NCBI GenBank assembly: GCA_043228905.1
Contig: JBHGNT010000016.1
Coordinates: 620,001 to 684,000, forward strand
Origin: Azolla caroliniana
Lineage: Eukaryota > Plantae > Polypodiophyta
Length of the DNA stretch: 64,000 nucleotides
Reading direction: 5' to 3'
Every line of letters begins with the position of its first letter. Position 1 is the first letter of the stretch. The notes beneath the pieces were generated by a model. The model worked only from the letters and a program-made list of their open reading frames with translations, had not been told where the DNA came from and did no database searches. Below are positions 20,199 to 34,300 of this stretch, piece after piece. The position numbers and the translations under genes are program-made.

Positions 20199-23100
20199 TC
20201 AACAAGCTTTAGTGAAGATTTCGGCCGTTTGAAGATTTTTTCTAATGTGTTGTAGGTCGACATCGCCAGCTAGAACGCGCTCTTGGATGAAGTGATAGTG
20301 CACTTCGATGTGCTTTGTCCGCGCGTGGAACACCGGGTTCCGAGCCAGATAGATACTGCTCATGTTGTCGGAGTAAAGGGAAGTCGGATCCTTGATGGGT
20401 ACGCCTAGATCCTTGAGTATCCTTTTGAGCCATACAGCTTCACATTCGGCCACTGCTGCGCCCCTGTATTCTGCCTCTGTGCTCGAAAGAGCGACGGTTG
20501 GTTGCTTTTTGCTGCTACAGGATATTGCTCCGCTGCCGAGGGAAACAACAAATCCGGAGGTTGATCTTCAATCGGCTTTGTAGCCGGCCCAATCGGTGTC
20601 TGTGTACCCCTCGAGTCGTATTGGCATCGCGGTCTTGTAGAGGATGCCGCAATCCATTGTGCCGCTCACGTATCGTAGAACTCGCTAAGCACAATCCAAG
20701 TGAGTATCACGCAGTGTTTGCATAAATTGGCTAAGGAGACCGACCGGATAACTGAGATCGGGTCGTGTGATTGTAAGGTAGATGAGACTCCCGATGAGTT
20801 GCTGATACTAAGTCGGCTCACACACTTTGGTGTCGGAGTTCACATCTAGTTTGAGATTGCGATCGAGCGGGGTTGCCACGGATTTGCACTCAACCATACC
20901 GACTTGTATAACAAGTTGAGGATGTAGTGCCGTTGAGAGATCATGATTCCGACCGGAGTCCGAATTACCTCAATGCCGAGGAAGTAGTGGAGCTCCTTCA
21001 TGTCTGTCATCTCGAACTTGTCGGAAAGGAGGGATTTGACCTTATTGATTTCGACGAGATGCTCACCTCCAATGACTAGGTCATCCACATATAAGATGAT
21101 GATGATCGGACTTGCGAAATTGCTTCGTATGTAGAGGGAGTTGTCCAATTATGACATACGGAAGCCGATTTGATGAAGATATTGCGTTATCTTCGAATGC
21201 CAAGCACGCGGTGCTTGCTTGAGGCCGTAGAGTGGCTTCTTGAGTCGGCATACAGCTTTCGGATGGGTGCTCGAGTTGAAGCCGGGTGGTTGTATCATGT
21301 ACACCTCTTCTAATTCGCCTTGTAGAAAGGCATTCTTGACGTCCATTTGATGGAGGTGCCATCCTTTCGCCACGACAAGCGCAACTACGGTCCGTACCGT
21401 CGTCATCGTTACCATCGGGGCAAAGGTCTCTTCGTAGTCAACTTCGTGCATTTGTGCATAGCCTTTCGCTACGAGTCGCGCTTTGTAGCGGTTGATGGAA
21501 CCGTCGGCGTTGTACTTCACTTTGTAAATCCATCTGCATCTGATCTCCTTTTTGTGTGGTGAGGTGGGAATGAGATCCCACGTCTCGTTCTTGCGTAGTG
21601 CCTGCATCTCCTTGTTCATGGCTTTGATCCATCGCGGATCCTTGGCTGCTTCGGAAAATGTTTCCAGCTCGCGTATTGTCGCCACCTTCATCATAAAGGC
21701 ATAGTGATATGCCATGTAGTCTTTGTAGCCGAATCGGCTGACCGGATTCTTTTCACGAGTGGAGCGACACAGCTTTTCATTTGCAGAGATGAGGGCTTTC
21801 TTAGCTCCAATTGGTACATCGAAGCCGCCAAACTCATTGTCGAGTGAGTGAGTCGACTCATCGTTGTTGAAGCGATCGTCTTCATATTCCGACATTTTCG
21901 CCTTACCTTTGTCCATCTTCAGGCTAGGCTGTGATATGCTTTGATCGCTCAAAGGCTCTTGTGGTCCACTCAGTCAGGTCGTGATCGGACTTTCTTCGAA
22001 CATGCGCGTAAGGCGATATTCATCCTCTATCACTTGTTCGGCGGATTCCGGGTCGAGCGGAGTCGGAGTCGAAGTTGTCTGTGGTGCATACTAGGATGCG
22101 AACTCGTCAAAAATGATGTCTCGACTTACTCGAGATTTTCGAGTTGAGGGGTTGTAGCACTTGTACCCCTTTTGCTCCAGTGAGTATCCTACGAGGATAC
22201 ATTTCTCCGACTTCAGGTCCAGCTTTTGACACTTCTCATCGGAGATGTGCACATATGCTATCGCGCCGAATATCCGGGTGTGCGATAAGTCTAACTTCTT
22301 TCCGAAGTATTTTTCATGCGGAGTGACCTCGTACACTCCGGATGTTGTGCACCGGTTCATTAGGTAGATGGCCATATTTGCAACTTCGGCCCAATATGAC
22401 TTGGGCATATGTTTCTCGTTCATCATGGCCCGCGCTACTTCGAGGATGTGCCGATTTTTGCACTCGGCTACTCCGTTTTGTCATGGAGTGTGTCGGCAAG
22501 TGAATTCTCGCCAAATTCCTTCCTTTCAGAGATACGCCGTGAAATCGTCCGAGAAGTACTCCTTGCCGCCATCCGATCGAAGGCATCGTACATGACGACT
22601 AGTGGCTTTTTTGACTTCGTTTTTAAACCTTTGGAAGTGTCTGAACACTTCGCTCTTTTGCCGCATCGGATAAACCCACGTGCGCCTGGAGAAGTCGTCG
22701 ATGAAGAGCACGTAATATCGGCATCCGCCGAATGTAGTCATCTGCGCTGGTTCCCATACGTCGGAATGGACTACGTTGAGTAGACCTTTGCTCACGTTCC
22801 TCTCTTTCAGGAATGGGTGTCGGTGTTTCTTGCCAAATTGGCACACTCTGCATACACCTTCAATCTCCTTCTCTTTGAATGTCGGGAGTCCGATGACGAC
22901 TCCTTTCGATTTCATTACTTTGAGTTTGTTGAGATTGATGTGGCCGATTCACTTGTGCCATAGCTCTATGTCAAAGTCGGCTTTCGTGCTTTTTGCGAAC
23001 ATGGCGGATTTCATCTCGTGTGAATCGAGAATGAACATCCAGCCCTCTCTTCTTCCGCGCACGATGATTCAGCCCTCTTTTTTTATGAAGCACCCTTCTT

Positions 23101-24945
23101 GGTCGAATCGTACTTGCATCCCTTGCTCAACCATTTGGCCGACCGAGACCAAATTCTTCGTGATGGTGGGAACATGCAAGACATTTTTAATGTATGTTTG
23201 CTTACCTCTTTCGTCGAACGGAACATTGTCGATGTACCGAATCGGGTGCGTAGTATCATCTCCAGTTTCAACATAACCGGGTCGCTCTGGCTCTTGAAGT
23301 TCAAGAAACCATTCTTTATGAGATTTCATATGGTTTGAGGCTCCAGAGTCAACAAACCATACATCCTCCGGATTGAGGGCACTAGTTGAGGTAGAGGCCG
23401 ACATAGAGTTTGCACTATGTTTCATCATGAACATTCCACCACGGTCGGAGTTGTGTGGATACATTCCGCCACGATTTTCGTAGTCGGAGTTGTGCCCGTA
23501 CATTCCGCTATACTCTTCATAGTCGGAATTGTGCGCGTAATTCGTGAGTTGTCGTCTTGTGAAAGCCGATTCACGCATCTTCTTTCGGCACTCTTCTTCG
23601 TGGTGGCCGAGCTTTCCGCATTCGGTTGCGTTTTGACAGTTCGGGCCAGAGTGGAAGCTCCCCCTTCTTGTGAAGGTTCCTTATTGGCTTCCGTTTTGCG
23701 GCCGAAATTGGGAGTTGTCATAGGTTGGACCTCATCTACCTTGTCCTTGGCCGAATCGGCCTCTCGCTCGTTTGCGTCCTCTTCCTCCGTTCGAGTGCGT
23801 GTAGAGCATGTAGCCTTCCGACTCATTGCTCCTTGTACACACGTGGTTTTCTTCGACCAATAGCATTGATTGGAGCTTGAAGAAGGAGGGAGATTTCTCC
23901 CTTGCTAGAACAGTTGTTCGCATCGTGCCGAACCGTGGTGCAAGGCCGCCGAGGCATATTTGCACCATCTCATCATCATCAATATTTACGCTTATTGAGC
24001 CGAGCGAGTCGCAAAGCTCTTTGATCTTCAAGGTATATGTCGTGATGGACATGTCCCTTTGTTGAATGTTGTTCAACTCTTGGCGGAGTTGAAGCCTTCT
24101 TGCGGTTGTGTTCGCCGCGAAAATCTTTCGTAGATTTTCCCATGCCTCCTTCGGCATCTTGGCTTCATGAATGTAGCTGAGCATGTGATTGTGAACACAT
24201 GTCGCCAAGCAATACATCACGCGGCTTGCGGCTTGCTCCCATGTCGCGTATCCTGGAGCCATTTCGACAGGTCGATCTTCGTGCGCTCCTTTGATGTAGC
24301 TCCAATAGCCTTGTCCGACAAGGTATTGGTGCATCTTGTACTCCCAAGATGCGAAGTTGTTTCGATCCAACTTCTCGGTAGGGAGAGCGCTCCCCTTTTG
24401 AGTATTCATTATGTCGATTCTTCTTCTTCTTCTTCTTCTTCTCTCTTCGAATGCGAGCTATGTAGCGAAGCTACGATAGCAATGAGCCGGTTCTTGGTCG
24501 TCGGCATAGGGCACAGCGCACGCGGATGGGCTAGATCGAGCTACCAAGTCTCTCTGATACCATGTAAAGAATCAAGAGATGGATTCTGTGCAGCGGAATA
24601 GATATGAACTGTGTGTGTGTATGAGAGAGAGAGAGAGAGACAAGGAGTAAGACACGGAGAATACGCAAGGTAAAGTATATTAACAAAGGAGAAAGACTCA
24701 ACATCATACAAGGTGGGAGGAGGGTGCTTTATATAGTCACCCTCTCTCTTCATTAACTACAAGACTCATGGAGCATGGGGAATGTGAAAGCTCATAAGTT
24801 ATGTGTCATAGAATATGATTCTATGACTCATACTTAATGCTAGAATACAAAGTGGTGACATAATGGTGACTCTTGACCGTTGGAGTGTCTATTCACTCTC
24901 AAGGTGAGTTCACACACTAGACCAAGTTGAGCTTGATTCTCAACA
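20199..24945 (-). mobile_element. Degenerate Ty1/Copia element: 5' LTR 24563-24945, tRNA-iMet PBS, gag-pol with many lesions, 3' end missing
   Basis: LTR inverted termini TGTTGAGAATCAAG/CTTGATTCTTTACA; PBS TGGTATCAGAG at 24562-24552. gag from 24409, WFVDSGASNHM protease, integrase, YKARLVAKG and YVDD RT, RTKHIEVHYHF RNase H. Inserted in the AEFAY codons of the Gypsy integrase at 24946. Confidence 0.9.
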
Positions 24946-26690
24946 TAAGCGAATTCAGCCAAGTGCAAAAAATCAACCCAATCATCTTGTTGGTAGTTGA
25001 TGAAACAACGAAGATATTGCTCCAATGTCTGGTTGGTACGCTCCGTTTGGCCATTAGTCTCAGGATGATAGCCTGAAGAAAGCTTAGCCGAAATTTGGAG
25101 AAGTTTGAGTATATGCTTCCAAAACTTTAAGATAAATTGTGGATCCCGATCACTAATAATATCATCTGGAAGACCATGGTGCTTAAATACCTCCCGCATA
25201 ATTAGATTGACCACCTCTTGACTAGTAATAGACATCGTACATGACAAGAAATGTGCCATTTTGGTAAGTCGATCAACCACTATGAGAATTGCATCATAAC
25301 CTTTTGAAACTAGGAGATCGGTAATGAAATCCAAGGATATAGACTTCCAAGGATTTTTCGGAATGGGAAGTGGTTGTAGTAAGCCAAATGATCGGTGTCG
25401 AGGACTCTTTGATCGACAACATGTATCACAATTGCGAACATAATCCTCAACAAAATGACGAAGGCGAGGCCACCAATATTGTCAAGAAATTAATTCTAGA
25501 GTTTTGCGCACTCCAAAATGTCTAGCCATTGGTGAGTCATGGTAGTGTTGTAAAACTTGTAGTCGCGGGGGACCATCAGGAACATACAATAGGTTTTGTC
25601 AAAATAGAAAGCCACCATGCCAATAGAACTGACGATAATCATTATGAGGGTTTTTCAACTGTGAACAAGAAGCACGATCTGGGACAATATGATCCAAAAC
25701 ATCCTTGGCGAATTCATTAGTGGCCATATGATCTCGAATGGAATCAAGAAGAGTGGAGTCTTCAAGTGTTGTTATGGCATTAACTACCATTAATCGTAGG
25801 CGATTAGGACCTAAAAGGATTTGTTTTTGATGCTCAAACGCAGGTTCCCCTGGATGAAGTTCCATATAAGAGTGTCGAGAAAGTGCATCTACTTTGTCTT
25901 GCTGCATCCCAGGGCGATATATGATTACAAAGTCGAAGTGGGTCAAAAATTGCACCCACCGGGCTTGTCGCCGACTGAAGACGCGAGCATTTTGAAAATA
26001 TTTCAGGTTCTTATAATCATTGTAGACAATGATCTACTGAGAAGAGCCTTCTAGAAAATGACGTCATTGTTGAAAAGAATTCACGATTGCAAGAAGTTCT
26101 TTGTCATGGATCTCGTAGTTGATCTCTGCAGCTTCAAACTTTCGGGAATGAAAGGCAACAAGCTGTAACTCTCCGTCATCTTCAGTGTGCAATAGGACAC
26201 TTCCTAGCACAAAATCAGATGCATCAGCTTCAAGGATGAAGCGTTTTGTTGGGTTGACATGTGCTAAAATAGGTGCCATTGTAAACGCCCGTTGTAAACT
26301 TTCAAATGCCTTGGCTGCATCTGAACTCCATATGAATGGTTGATTTTTGTGTGTGAGTTAAGTAAGCAAAAGCACAACCTTAGAATAATTTTTAATAAAT
26401 TTCTAATAAAAGTTTGCAAACCCAAGAAAGCATTGCACATCGCGCATTGAAAACGGCCATCTGCCACTCCAAAATTGTTTGAACCTTCATGGGGTCCATA
26501 GAAATACCATCTGATGATACAACGTACCCCAAAAATTCCACTTGATTTTGGCCGAAACTACACTTTTCTAATTTTGCGTAGAGACCATATTCTCGTAGTC
26601 GACGTAGTACCTGACGAACATGTTCATCATGCTCCTCTTGGGTCTTCGAGTAGATCAAAATGTCATCTAGGTAAACTATAGTGAAGATAT

Positions 26691-26920
26691 TGTGGTGTGC
26701 ATGTGTTCCTTTGTGCCACCCTTTTTAGGATGCACGTACCCAAGTTGACCCACCCTTTTAGCACACCCTTTTTAGGATGCGTGTCCCCAAAATGACCCAC
26801 CCTTTTAGCACACCCTTTTTAGCCAAGCCAACCCAAATGGGTTCCATTGTATCAACTATAAATTGATTAAGAAGTAAGAAGCTAAGTAGACTAGTTTTGA
26901 TCTCTTATGTGCATTTCACA
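26691..26920. mobile_element. 230-bp solo-LTR/TRIM-like insertion (TGTG...CACA) with 4-bp TSD ATAT in RT
   Basis: TSD at 26687-26690 and 26921-26924. Excision restores [13 protein letters not shown]. Internal CACCCTTTTTAG repeats. Confidence 0.85.
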
Positions 26921-29418
26921 ATATCGAGAAAATCTCGAAAAATATCATTCGCCATATGTTGGAAAACTGCATGTGCATTCGTGAGACCGAATGACATCAC
27001 AGTATACTCGAAATGTCCATAGCGAGTGGGAAAAGCAGTCTTCCATTCATCCCCCAAACAAATCCGAACTAGATTATATGCACCATGAAGGTCCAACTTC
27101 GTGAAATATTTTGTTCCACTAAGACGTTCCAAAAGATTCGGGATTAATGGTAGAGCATATCTATTCCGGATGGTCACTTTGTTTAACCCTCGATAATCCA
27201 TGACCAACCGTAGAGACCCATTCTTTTTCTTATCGAAGAAGATAGGTGCACCAACAGGGGATCTAGAATGTCGAATGAATCCATTTGCGAGATTCTCGTC
27301 GATATATTCCCGCAAAGTCTCTAGCTCTACAGGGGAGAGATTATAAATTGGGCCCCGTGGAGGTTCTTTCCCTAGTTGTAAGTCAATACGGCAATCGTAT
27401 GGCCGATGCTCTGGCAATGTATTGGCCTTCACCTTATCAAAGACGTCGGTGAACTCTTTGTATTTCTCTGGTAGTTTAATGTCCCCTTCATGTAAAGTGG
27501 TTGATGGACTTGCTACTATTGTGAATACGAACATATCCTCAATCCCCCCCTGCCTCACGTAACTGGCGCAAAGAGATGGTTGATAACTTATGGGATCTAG
27601 TATCAAATGTCGGAGAGTTGAGGGATGCGAACTTTGTTATTTCTTCTTGGGTCTCCTCAATAGTCCTTTTCATCCAATCAATCTTTGGGTTATGGAGTTC
27701 AAACCAAGGGAGACCTAGAACTATTGGGTGTTCCGGACTACGAATAATGTTGAAAGAGATTATGCTTGCCAAATTGCCAAGAACTATACAAATTGGCTCG
27801 AACTCCTCAACTATATCACCTAATGCTATGGGACGGCCATCAATGACTCCTTCAGCTACTGGGTTCGGGAGCTTATTCAAAAGGATGTTTTGTGACAATG
27901 CAAATTCACGGTACATGAAACAAGAGTTGGCTCCAAAATCTAGGAGGGCAGAGGTTAGGACTCGATGACATGTAGATGTGGTAAGCTCAACTTGTGCAGA
28001 AAAAACTCTACTCACTTGACTCGATGAAATGGAACCACGACTAGGAACTAACTCTATATATCTAGGATGGTCCAACCAAATGGCTCCTATTTTGGCCAGA
28101 CTTACTTGTTTAACACATCCTCTAATTGACTCAAGACATCGAATCTATTCTCATGGCATGGACTATTAGGCTTACTTATGTTATTAGAAGTAACAATGGA
28201 ACTCGAAGTAGGGATGTCATGTGCACTTATTTGGTATACTTGACGTCTAGGTTTATGTTGACAATTCACAACTATATGTCCTGGACCACCACAATATAGG
28301 CATAAGCGGGGCGGTTGACGTCATTGCTTCTCAGCATCTGATAAAGGCCCTTGACATTGTGTTGTCTCTATTTCCATCAGAGTTGGGCCATCCGTTGTAA
28401 TGGGTCTGGAAACTGTGGAGGCGTTGCGACTACAAAAGCATACGTCTGTTCCGGTTGGCGGCGTAACATTTGTTGGCACTCAGAACATCGTTCAAATAGG
28501 CGATTATCACATCACACGACTCGACTAATGGCCTCTGTTAGAGACTTTGGATCTTCATGGAAAGTAAGAAGAAGATCGTTGACATCATTACGCAAACCTT
28601 GACGGAATTGATCCATGCAACCTCATCCCAAGGGATATCGCATGCCAAAAGACGGAAATCAGTTGCGTAAGCCGATGCAAGACGATCTCCTTGTCAGAGC
28701 CTTCGAATCTTGTTTATCGTCGTCCTAGTGCTATCGGTGTCTCTGAAACTAGTGTGAAACTCCTTAACAAATGCCTCAAAATCCTTCAGAAACGGTGATT
28801 TCTTCTCGAGAACTGAATAACCAAATGGACTTGATTCAAGAAGCCTCGAAATAAAGACCTCGTACCATCAAACTTGGCAGGGAGGCTAATCTTTGGTTCT
28901 CGAGGGGAGTTTTGAGCCCCCAACGCTTGTTCTTGTAATGACAATATAGTAGCCTCAAGTTGATGAACCCCTTGTGATAACTCTTCATATTGTTGAGCTT
29001 TTTCGGTATTCACTTGTTGTAGGTCGCCCAGTAGCCTTTGATTTTCATGCTCTAATGCCACAAATTTATTCATGATCATGTCGAGCTCAAAGAGAACACG
29101 CATGTATTCCTGTTTGCTCACAGACTCCATAACTTGCGAAGGGAGAGGAGAAGAAAGAAGAGAACTTGTTGGAAGAGGGAGGAATGAAAAATTGGTTCAA
29201 ACTGTCAAGACAAAGAGAAAAAGAGAGAGAAAGAGATAGAAAGAGAGGAAAAGAGATATATTGTTAAGATAGAATGAGAGAATTGAAAAGAAAGTATTGT
29301 ATTGCAATATAAGATGGAGTACAAAGAGAGAGGGAGCTATAGGATGGTGTTGAACCAATTTGGTTTTTGGAGGATTGATAGATCCCTATTTATAAGTCCC
29401 TATAGAGTAATATAGATT

Positions 29419-29541
29419 ACTCTAGAATATTCCAGGACATTCTAGAATATAGAGTAACCTAGTAGTCTAGAAGGTTTATTGAGTATTCTAGAAGGTTCTA
29501 GCATATAGAACACTCTAGAATATTCTAGGGCATTCTAGAAT
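29419..29541. promoter_or_regulatory. Heat-shock element clusters in the U3 of the older chromovirus LTR
   Basis: Three in-phase nGAAn/nTTCn clusters, e.g. aTTCt-aGAAg-gTTCt at 29485-29499, upstream of TATAAATA (29394-29387). Confidence 0.7.
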
Positions 29542-29679
29542 ATAAAGTAATATAGAATATTTTTATGATATTGGATTATATATTCTAAAAACCATACACA
29601 TAAACATGTTGCTACAATGGTTAAGGATTTGACATGTGTATAACAAGGTTGTGGGTTCAAATCCTTTCGAGGCATGATG

Positions 29680-30747
29680 TGAGTGTCATCATGATAAAGA
29701 TAGACCAACACTTTTTCGTACAAGAGACGTCATTGCATCCGGTAATTCTCGGCGAACCCTACATCACGGCGGCTCGGATGAAAACCAAGGTGCTAGACAA
29801 TGGTTCAGCCTACGTGAGGATGAAAAGTCGGGACAACTAGCACTCCGTCCAATTCTTAACGGTCCAGCCGAACCACAAGCGGAATCGGGATTCTCTCGGC
29901 GGCGAAGGCTGAGGGGATTTTTAGAGAGGGCTACCAAGGCGTGGGGCCACGGGAGAAACCCCACACCTGTACCATAGGTAGGAAATTTTGGTTCTTTGAC
30001 AACGGAGGTAGTACAATAACCAGCATCGGTGGCCGGGAGAAGAAGCAAGTTGAAAGGCGTGCAGAGCCTTGGACCCCGAAGACTCGATAAGTTGTGTCGT
30101 GGAGTCGGTCTCATTTGATGACACCCTCGGGGAGATCGAGAAGGTGATCAAAGAAGGCTAAGCGAATACCGGATGATTCTGGTCAATTCGGTCGAGATGT
30201 ACCAAGTCATCGAGGACTTCGGGAGGATGGTCGGGTCGGATCGGATCGTGCAACCCGAGTAGACAACAAGTATAAGACTATGGACCGGAAGGTGACGCCA
30301 ATCGCGACACCCTTACCAGAGGACAACTGCGAGCAAATGAAAGGGGTCGCGACTGACCCGAGTTTGCGAGATTCGGTCGGCATAGGACACTGGTTCATCG
30401 ACGAGACGCTATGGGAACTGAAGATCGGTGCGGGTGGCTTTCTACTGTCGGTGGAGGAGGACCGGTTTTGGAAGATGCTTGAAAGGCACAGGAAAGCCTT
30501 CGCATTCTCATTAGGGGAGATCGGGTGCATCGACTCGACAATCGTAGAGCCAATGGTGATCTTCACGGTACCGCATGTGTCGTGGAGTCTCAAACCGATT
30601 CCAGTACCGAGGGATGTCATCCCGAATTTGATAGAGTTGCTCAAGCAGAAGGTGGAGATGGGGATTCTCAAGCCATCGAGTGCTCCTTATTCGAATTGGT
30701 AGTTTACGGTGCCGAAGAAGAATGGCATGCTACGCTTCATACAATGC
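29680..30747 (+). mobile_element. Ty3/Gypsy pol fragment (protease end to RT start), probably the tRNA-Trp family
   Basis: HFFVQETSLHPVILGEPY protease end; ELLKQKVEMGILKPSSAPYSNWxFTVPKKNGMLRFIQ RT start; truncated. Confidence 0.75.
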
Positions 30748-31385
30748 CCTACTTAAGACACCACCGAGAAGGTTGAGCTCATATGTGTATGCTTTATTCA
30801 CACATAGAGACTTTATGCTTCAATGTATGAATACCCCTTCTTAGGAAGGAGACACATATCAAGAACACATGTATACTCTGGTCCCATAGGTCAAATTTGG
30901 CTTCTTTATGGACGATAAAAATTTCTAATTCTAATATTACATCCATGAACGATGTAGTTTGTAGCCATGAAGCGTGTGGCGTTGGCCAACACCTCATGGA
31001 CCTAGATGTTAACACTTACTCGAGTCGGTAGAAGAAGATGGCATCATATAAACCCATTCGTATGGTCACTAAGCACTTCCATGTCACCGAATTGTATTAT
31101 TGTGAAGCCCCCCCCGTCAGGTGACAAGGCGGATTGTAAAGCCCCCCGTCAGGTCACAGGGCAGACCACCACTTTCATGGTATAAATAATTATGTATGTG
31201 AAATCTAAGCTTCGGGGACCCTTTCCTTATGTAAATAAATAAATATGTATGTGAAACCTAAGCCCTTAAGTTCTAAGTTCTAAGACACACAGTAGGGGCT
31301 TTAAACATACATTCAAAACCCCAAGGCAGAACAACAACATAATAACAGACAGACAGTACCGAGAGAGTGGCGATAGAGTATAGTG

Positions 31386-34300
31386 ATGGTTGAGGCGGAG
31401 GTTGTCTTCATAAGCTGCGGATGCAACAGAGCTGTGAAGGCTGCCGCTTGGGGCCCCTGCAATTTAGTAGCCTTTGGTTCTCACAATGCGGTCGCCATCT
31501 TCTGCCCACTGGTATGAGTCCCTGCTTGCATTTTGCTTTACTTACATAAAGAAAAACACTAAAGCAGCACGTTCTTCCACATAAATCCTGAAATTCTTCC
31601 CCATTCTCGTCCACTGCTAGCCAAGAAGCACAGGAAATGACCAAGATTCACTTTCGGCTTGGAAAGGAGTCATCGTGCCATGCATACAGCATCAAGGAAG
31701 TGCTAGTATTTCACTAGCTATTATTGTCCAAAACTAGGATTGAGCCCACACTCCGAAACATATTGTCCTCTGTAGGAAGTGCTAATGTTTCTCTAACTAT
31801 TGCTGGATCTCAAGCTCAAAGTGTTTGAATATACTATAAATATGAGCCTCTCTACGATGGTTCCCCCTGCTTTAGGATTAAGTACATATTTAAAAAGAGG
31901 TGGAAAGAGGAGCCTACTGGCTTGAAAGTTACTCAGAAATGCATTATGACGTTGGTCCTTTTGGTTCCGAAGGTTTCGAGAAATCTGTCTGTGATTGAAA
32001 AAGTGTACCTATGCACAATGATAGATGTAACTTACAGAGGAACATAATAATTGCGAATTCCATCCCTATTTATGTTGTCAGTTGATCAGTTGATGTAATC
32101 TCCTACAGAGCTTATTTTTAAGGATCATATTTTTGAGTTCTGTAGATGAGTCCTATGTGAATATTGTTAATCCTTTCATCCATCATTTTTCATGAATGTG
32201 AGGCGAGATTGGATTCAGAGAGGAGCGACATCCCTTGTATATTTGTGCCGGTGTGGATTAATTTTAGACTTCTAATAATTATCACAGGCTGGAATATGGT
32301 CTCAAATCCATACATATCTAGAGAAAATCATTGAATTGCATGACCAATTAGCCACTCGAAACATATTACAATTACAGTAAATTGAAAAACAATGATAATG
32401 GAAAATTCAAACTTTTAAGATCAGTAGATTTAGTCTACATTTTTACATGTTTATTTTGTCCATAGAATTTTCAGACTTTATGGAGTGACTGGGTTAGTTA
32501 TAGTGCTTAAACAATCTCAAGAATCAACCGCAGTTCTATGCATCAATAATCAGATAGATGTCTTGGAACATTAAAACTTAGATGTCCCCATTATTTTTCT
32601 GTTCTCATGTCTCTCGATTGGAAAATAATTTGAAGCGCCTCAAGTTCTTGAATTTCTATAAAACACCTTCTACCTGACTTGTTATCAGTTATGAATATGC
32701 ATTGGATGGCAAATGTTTTTGCTGTCAAACTCTAGGCATAGATTACTAGTTCCTTGAAACCTATCTTTTCCATAGCCATTCTCTATTGAATTAGAGTGAA
32801 TATGTCAAGATGACGACTTCCCTGATAGTGGTGAAGAAATTGCAGGAACTCTGAGAGAAGAGATGAAATGCAGGAAATTGAGAGAAAGATTTTGGCTTGG
32901 AAAGAGATCAGGTATAGAGAGGATTAAGTTGAGGGCTTAACAAATTTGCGATTAAGAAGAATTTAATGCAATTTAATACAGTAAACAAATGGGATTTGAC
33001 AATGAAATACAAGAGAATGCTGTCATCTCTTCTTTTGTTCTTTCAGTTTTCCTTCAGTTTGTCCCTTGGTTGGCTTCTTATTTCATCCATTGATTAGATT
33101 ACTGCTCTTCTTCGATTGGATGTGACTGTAAATGCTAAATCCTCACTGTCCCTTTTATGATTGGATGTGACTGCGGAGTAGTTCTCTGCCTCCTCTGTCT
33201 CATGGTGTTTCTTTTTGCACTGTGTCTCTTTCCGGCTTACAGTTCCACTTTCTTCTTTAGTGGTGCTCTTCAGGCTACTTCTATTGGGGTTATGAGTGCC
33301 TAGGGCTGCATCATTTTCTCTTCTTTTTTTAGTTCTGTTTTTGTCTCTGATAGCTTCCATATCCTTATATTGTAACTCTTTTAAATATCATGAACATAAG
33401 GCTAAATGCTTATTACGGCATAACCTTTAGATATTGACTAGGCTTTGGAAACAGTTTGCATTGTTTATATATGCAGCCTTATCTGTATTTGTTAATTATT
33501 TCAAGACCCATGCAATGCCACTATTTTGCTATCCCTTTTTCTTTGTGCTAAAGTGGAACGCGTCTTAGGTTGCGGATTTTTGTCATGAGGCCTATGTACT
33601 TCAGGACATCCACCCTCTCCCAAACCTGCACTTCGTTTGGTATGTGCCGAGTCAAACTACCTTATTCTTAAGAAGTGGTGTTTTCTAGCATGTGACTGAG
33701 GTATGGGCTGTTCAATCCACTTGTAGTGCATGAGGCAACAGTTGTGGCTAATTTCTTATTCGTCCCCTTCAGGTTGGATTGGAAGATTAAACAATGTCCC
33801 CTTTCTATCTTGCCATTTTCTTCTGGATTGTAATAGAATGAGTTATAGCTTTATCTCTATTTGACTGAAGAACTCCTTTGCTTCTTTTAATGCAATTTTC
33901 CTGTGGTCTGCAATTATTTTACCTGCACGTTCATATCTGCAATATCACATTTTTAATAAGGAATGACATAACGATTGAGTGTGGGTATCAAGTCATCCCT
34001 ATGCTGAATAGTAGAATATTTCTGACACATCACACAGCTGTCCACAAGCTGCATCATATCTTTATACATTCTTTGCCGCCACCACCATTCTTTCAGTTTT
34101 GCAAGGTCCCCTAAATGCCACTTATGTATGCCCATAGATTACAATGAAATTAAAAGACATTGTAAGGAAATGCCCATAGTCTTTTAATTTCTTCCTTACA
34201 AGTTACTCAAAGGGAATTTCCAGTCAGCTTCTTTGATGCTTTCGATTGAAACTTGTTTATCGTTTTCATTACCATGATGGATTGATGATCCAAGTCTTTA

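Larger units (their letters stand above)
24946..29679 (-). mobile_element. Older degenerate chromovirus related to 10713-16391 (5' LTR 29203-~29679, gag, pol; 3' end lost)
   Basis: Colinear homology to the intact element (MESVSKQEY gag, ALLDFGANSCFM protease, RT, RNase H, integrase). Same PBS at 29189-29200 and same frameshift site. Multiple stops and frameshifts. Confidence 0.92.
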
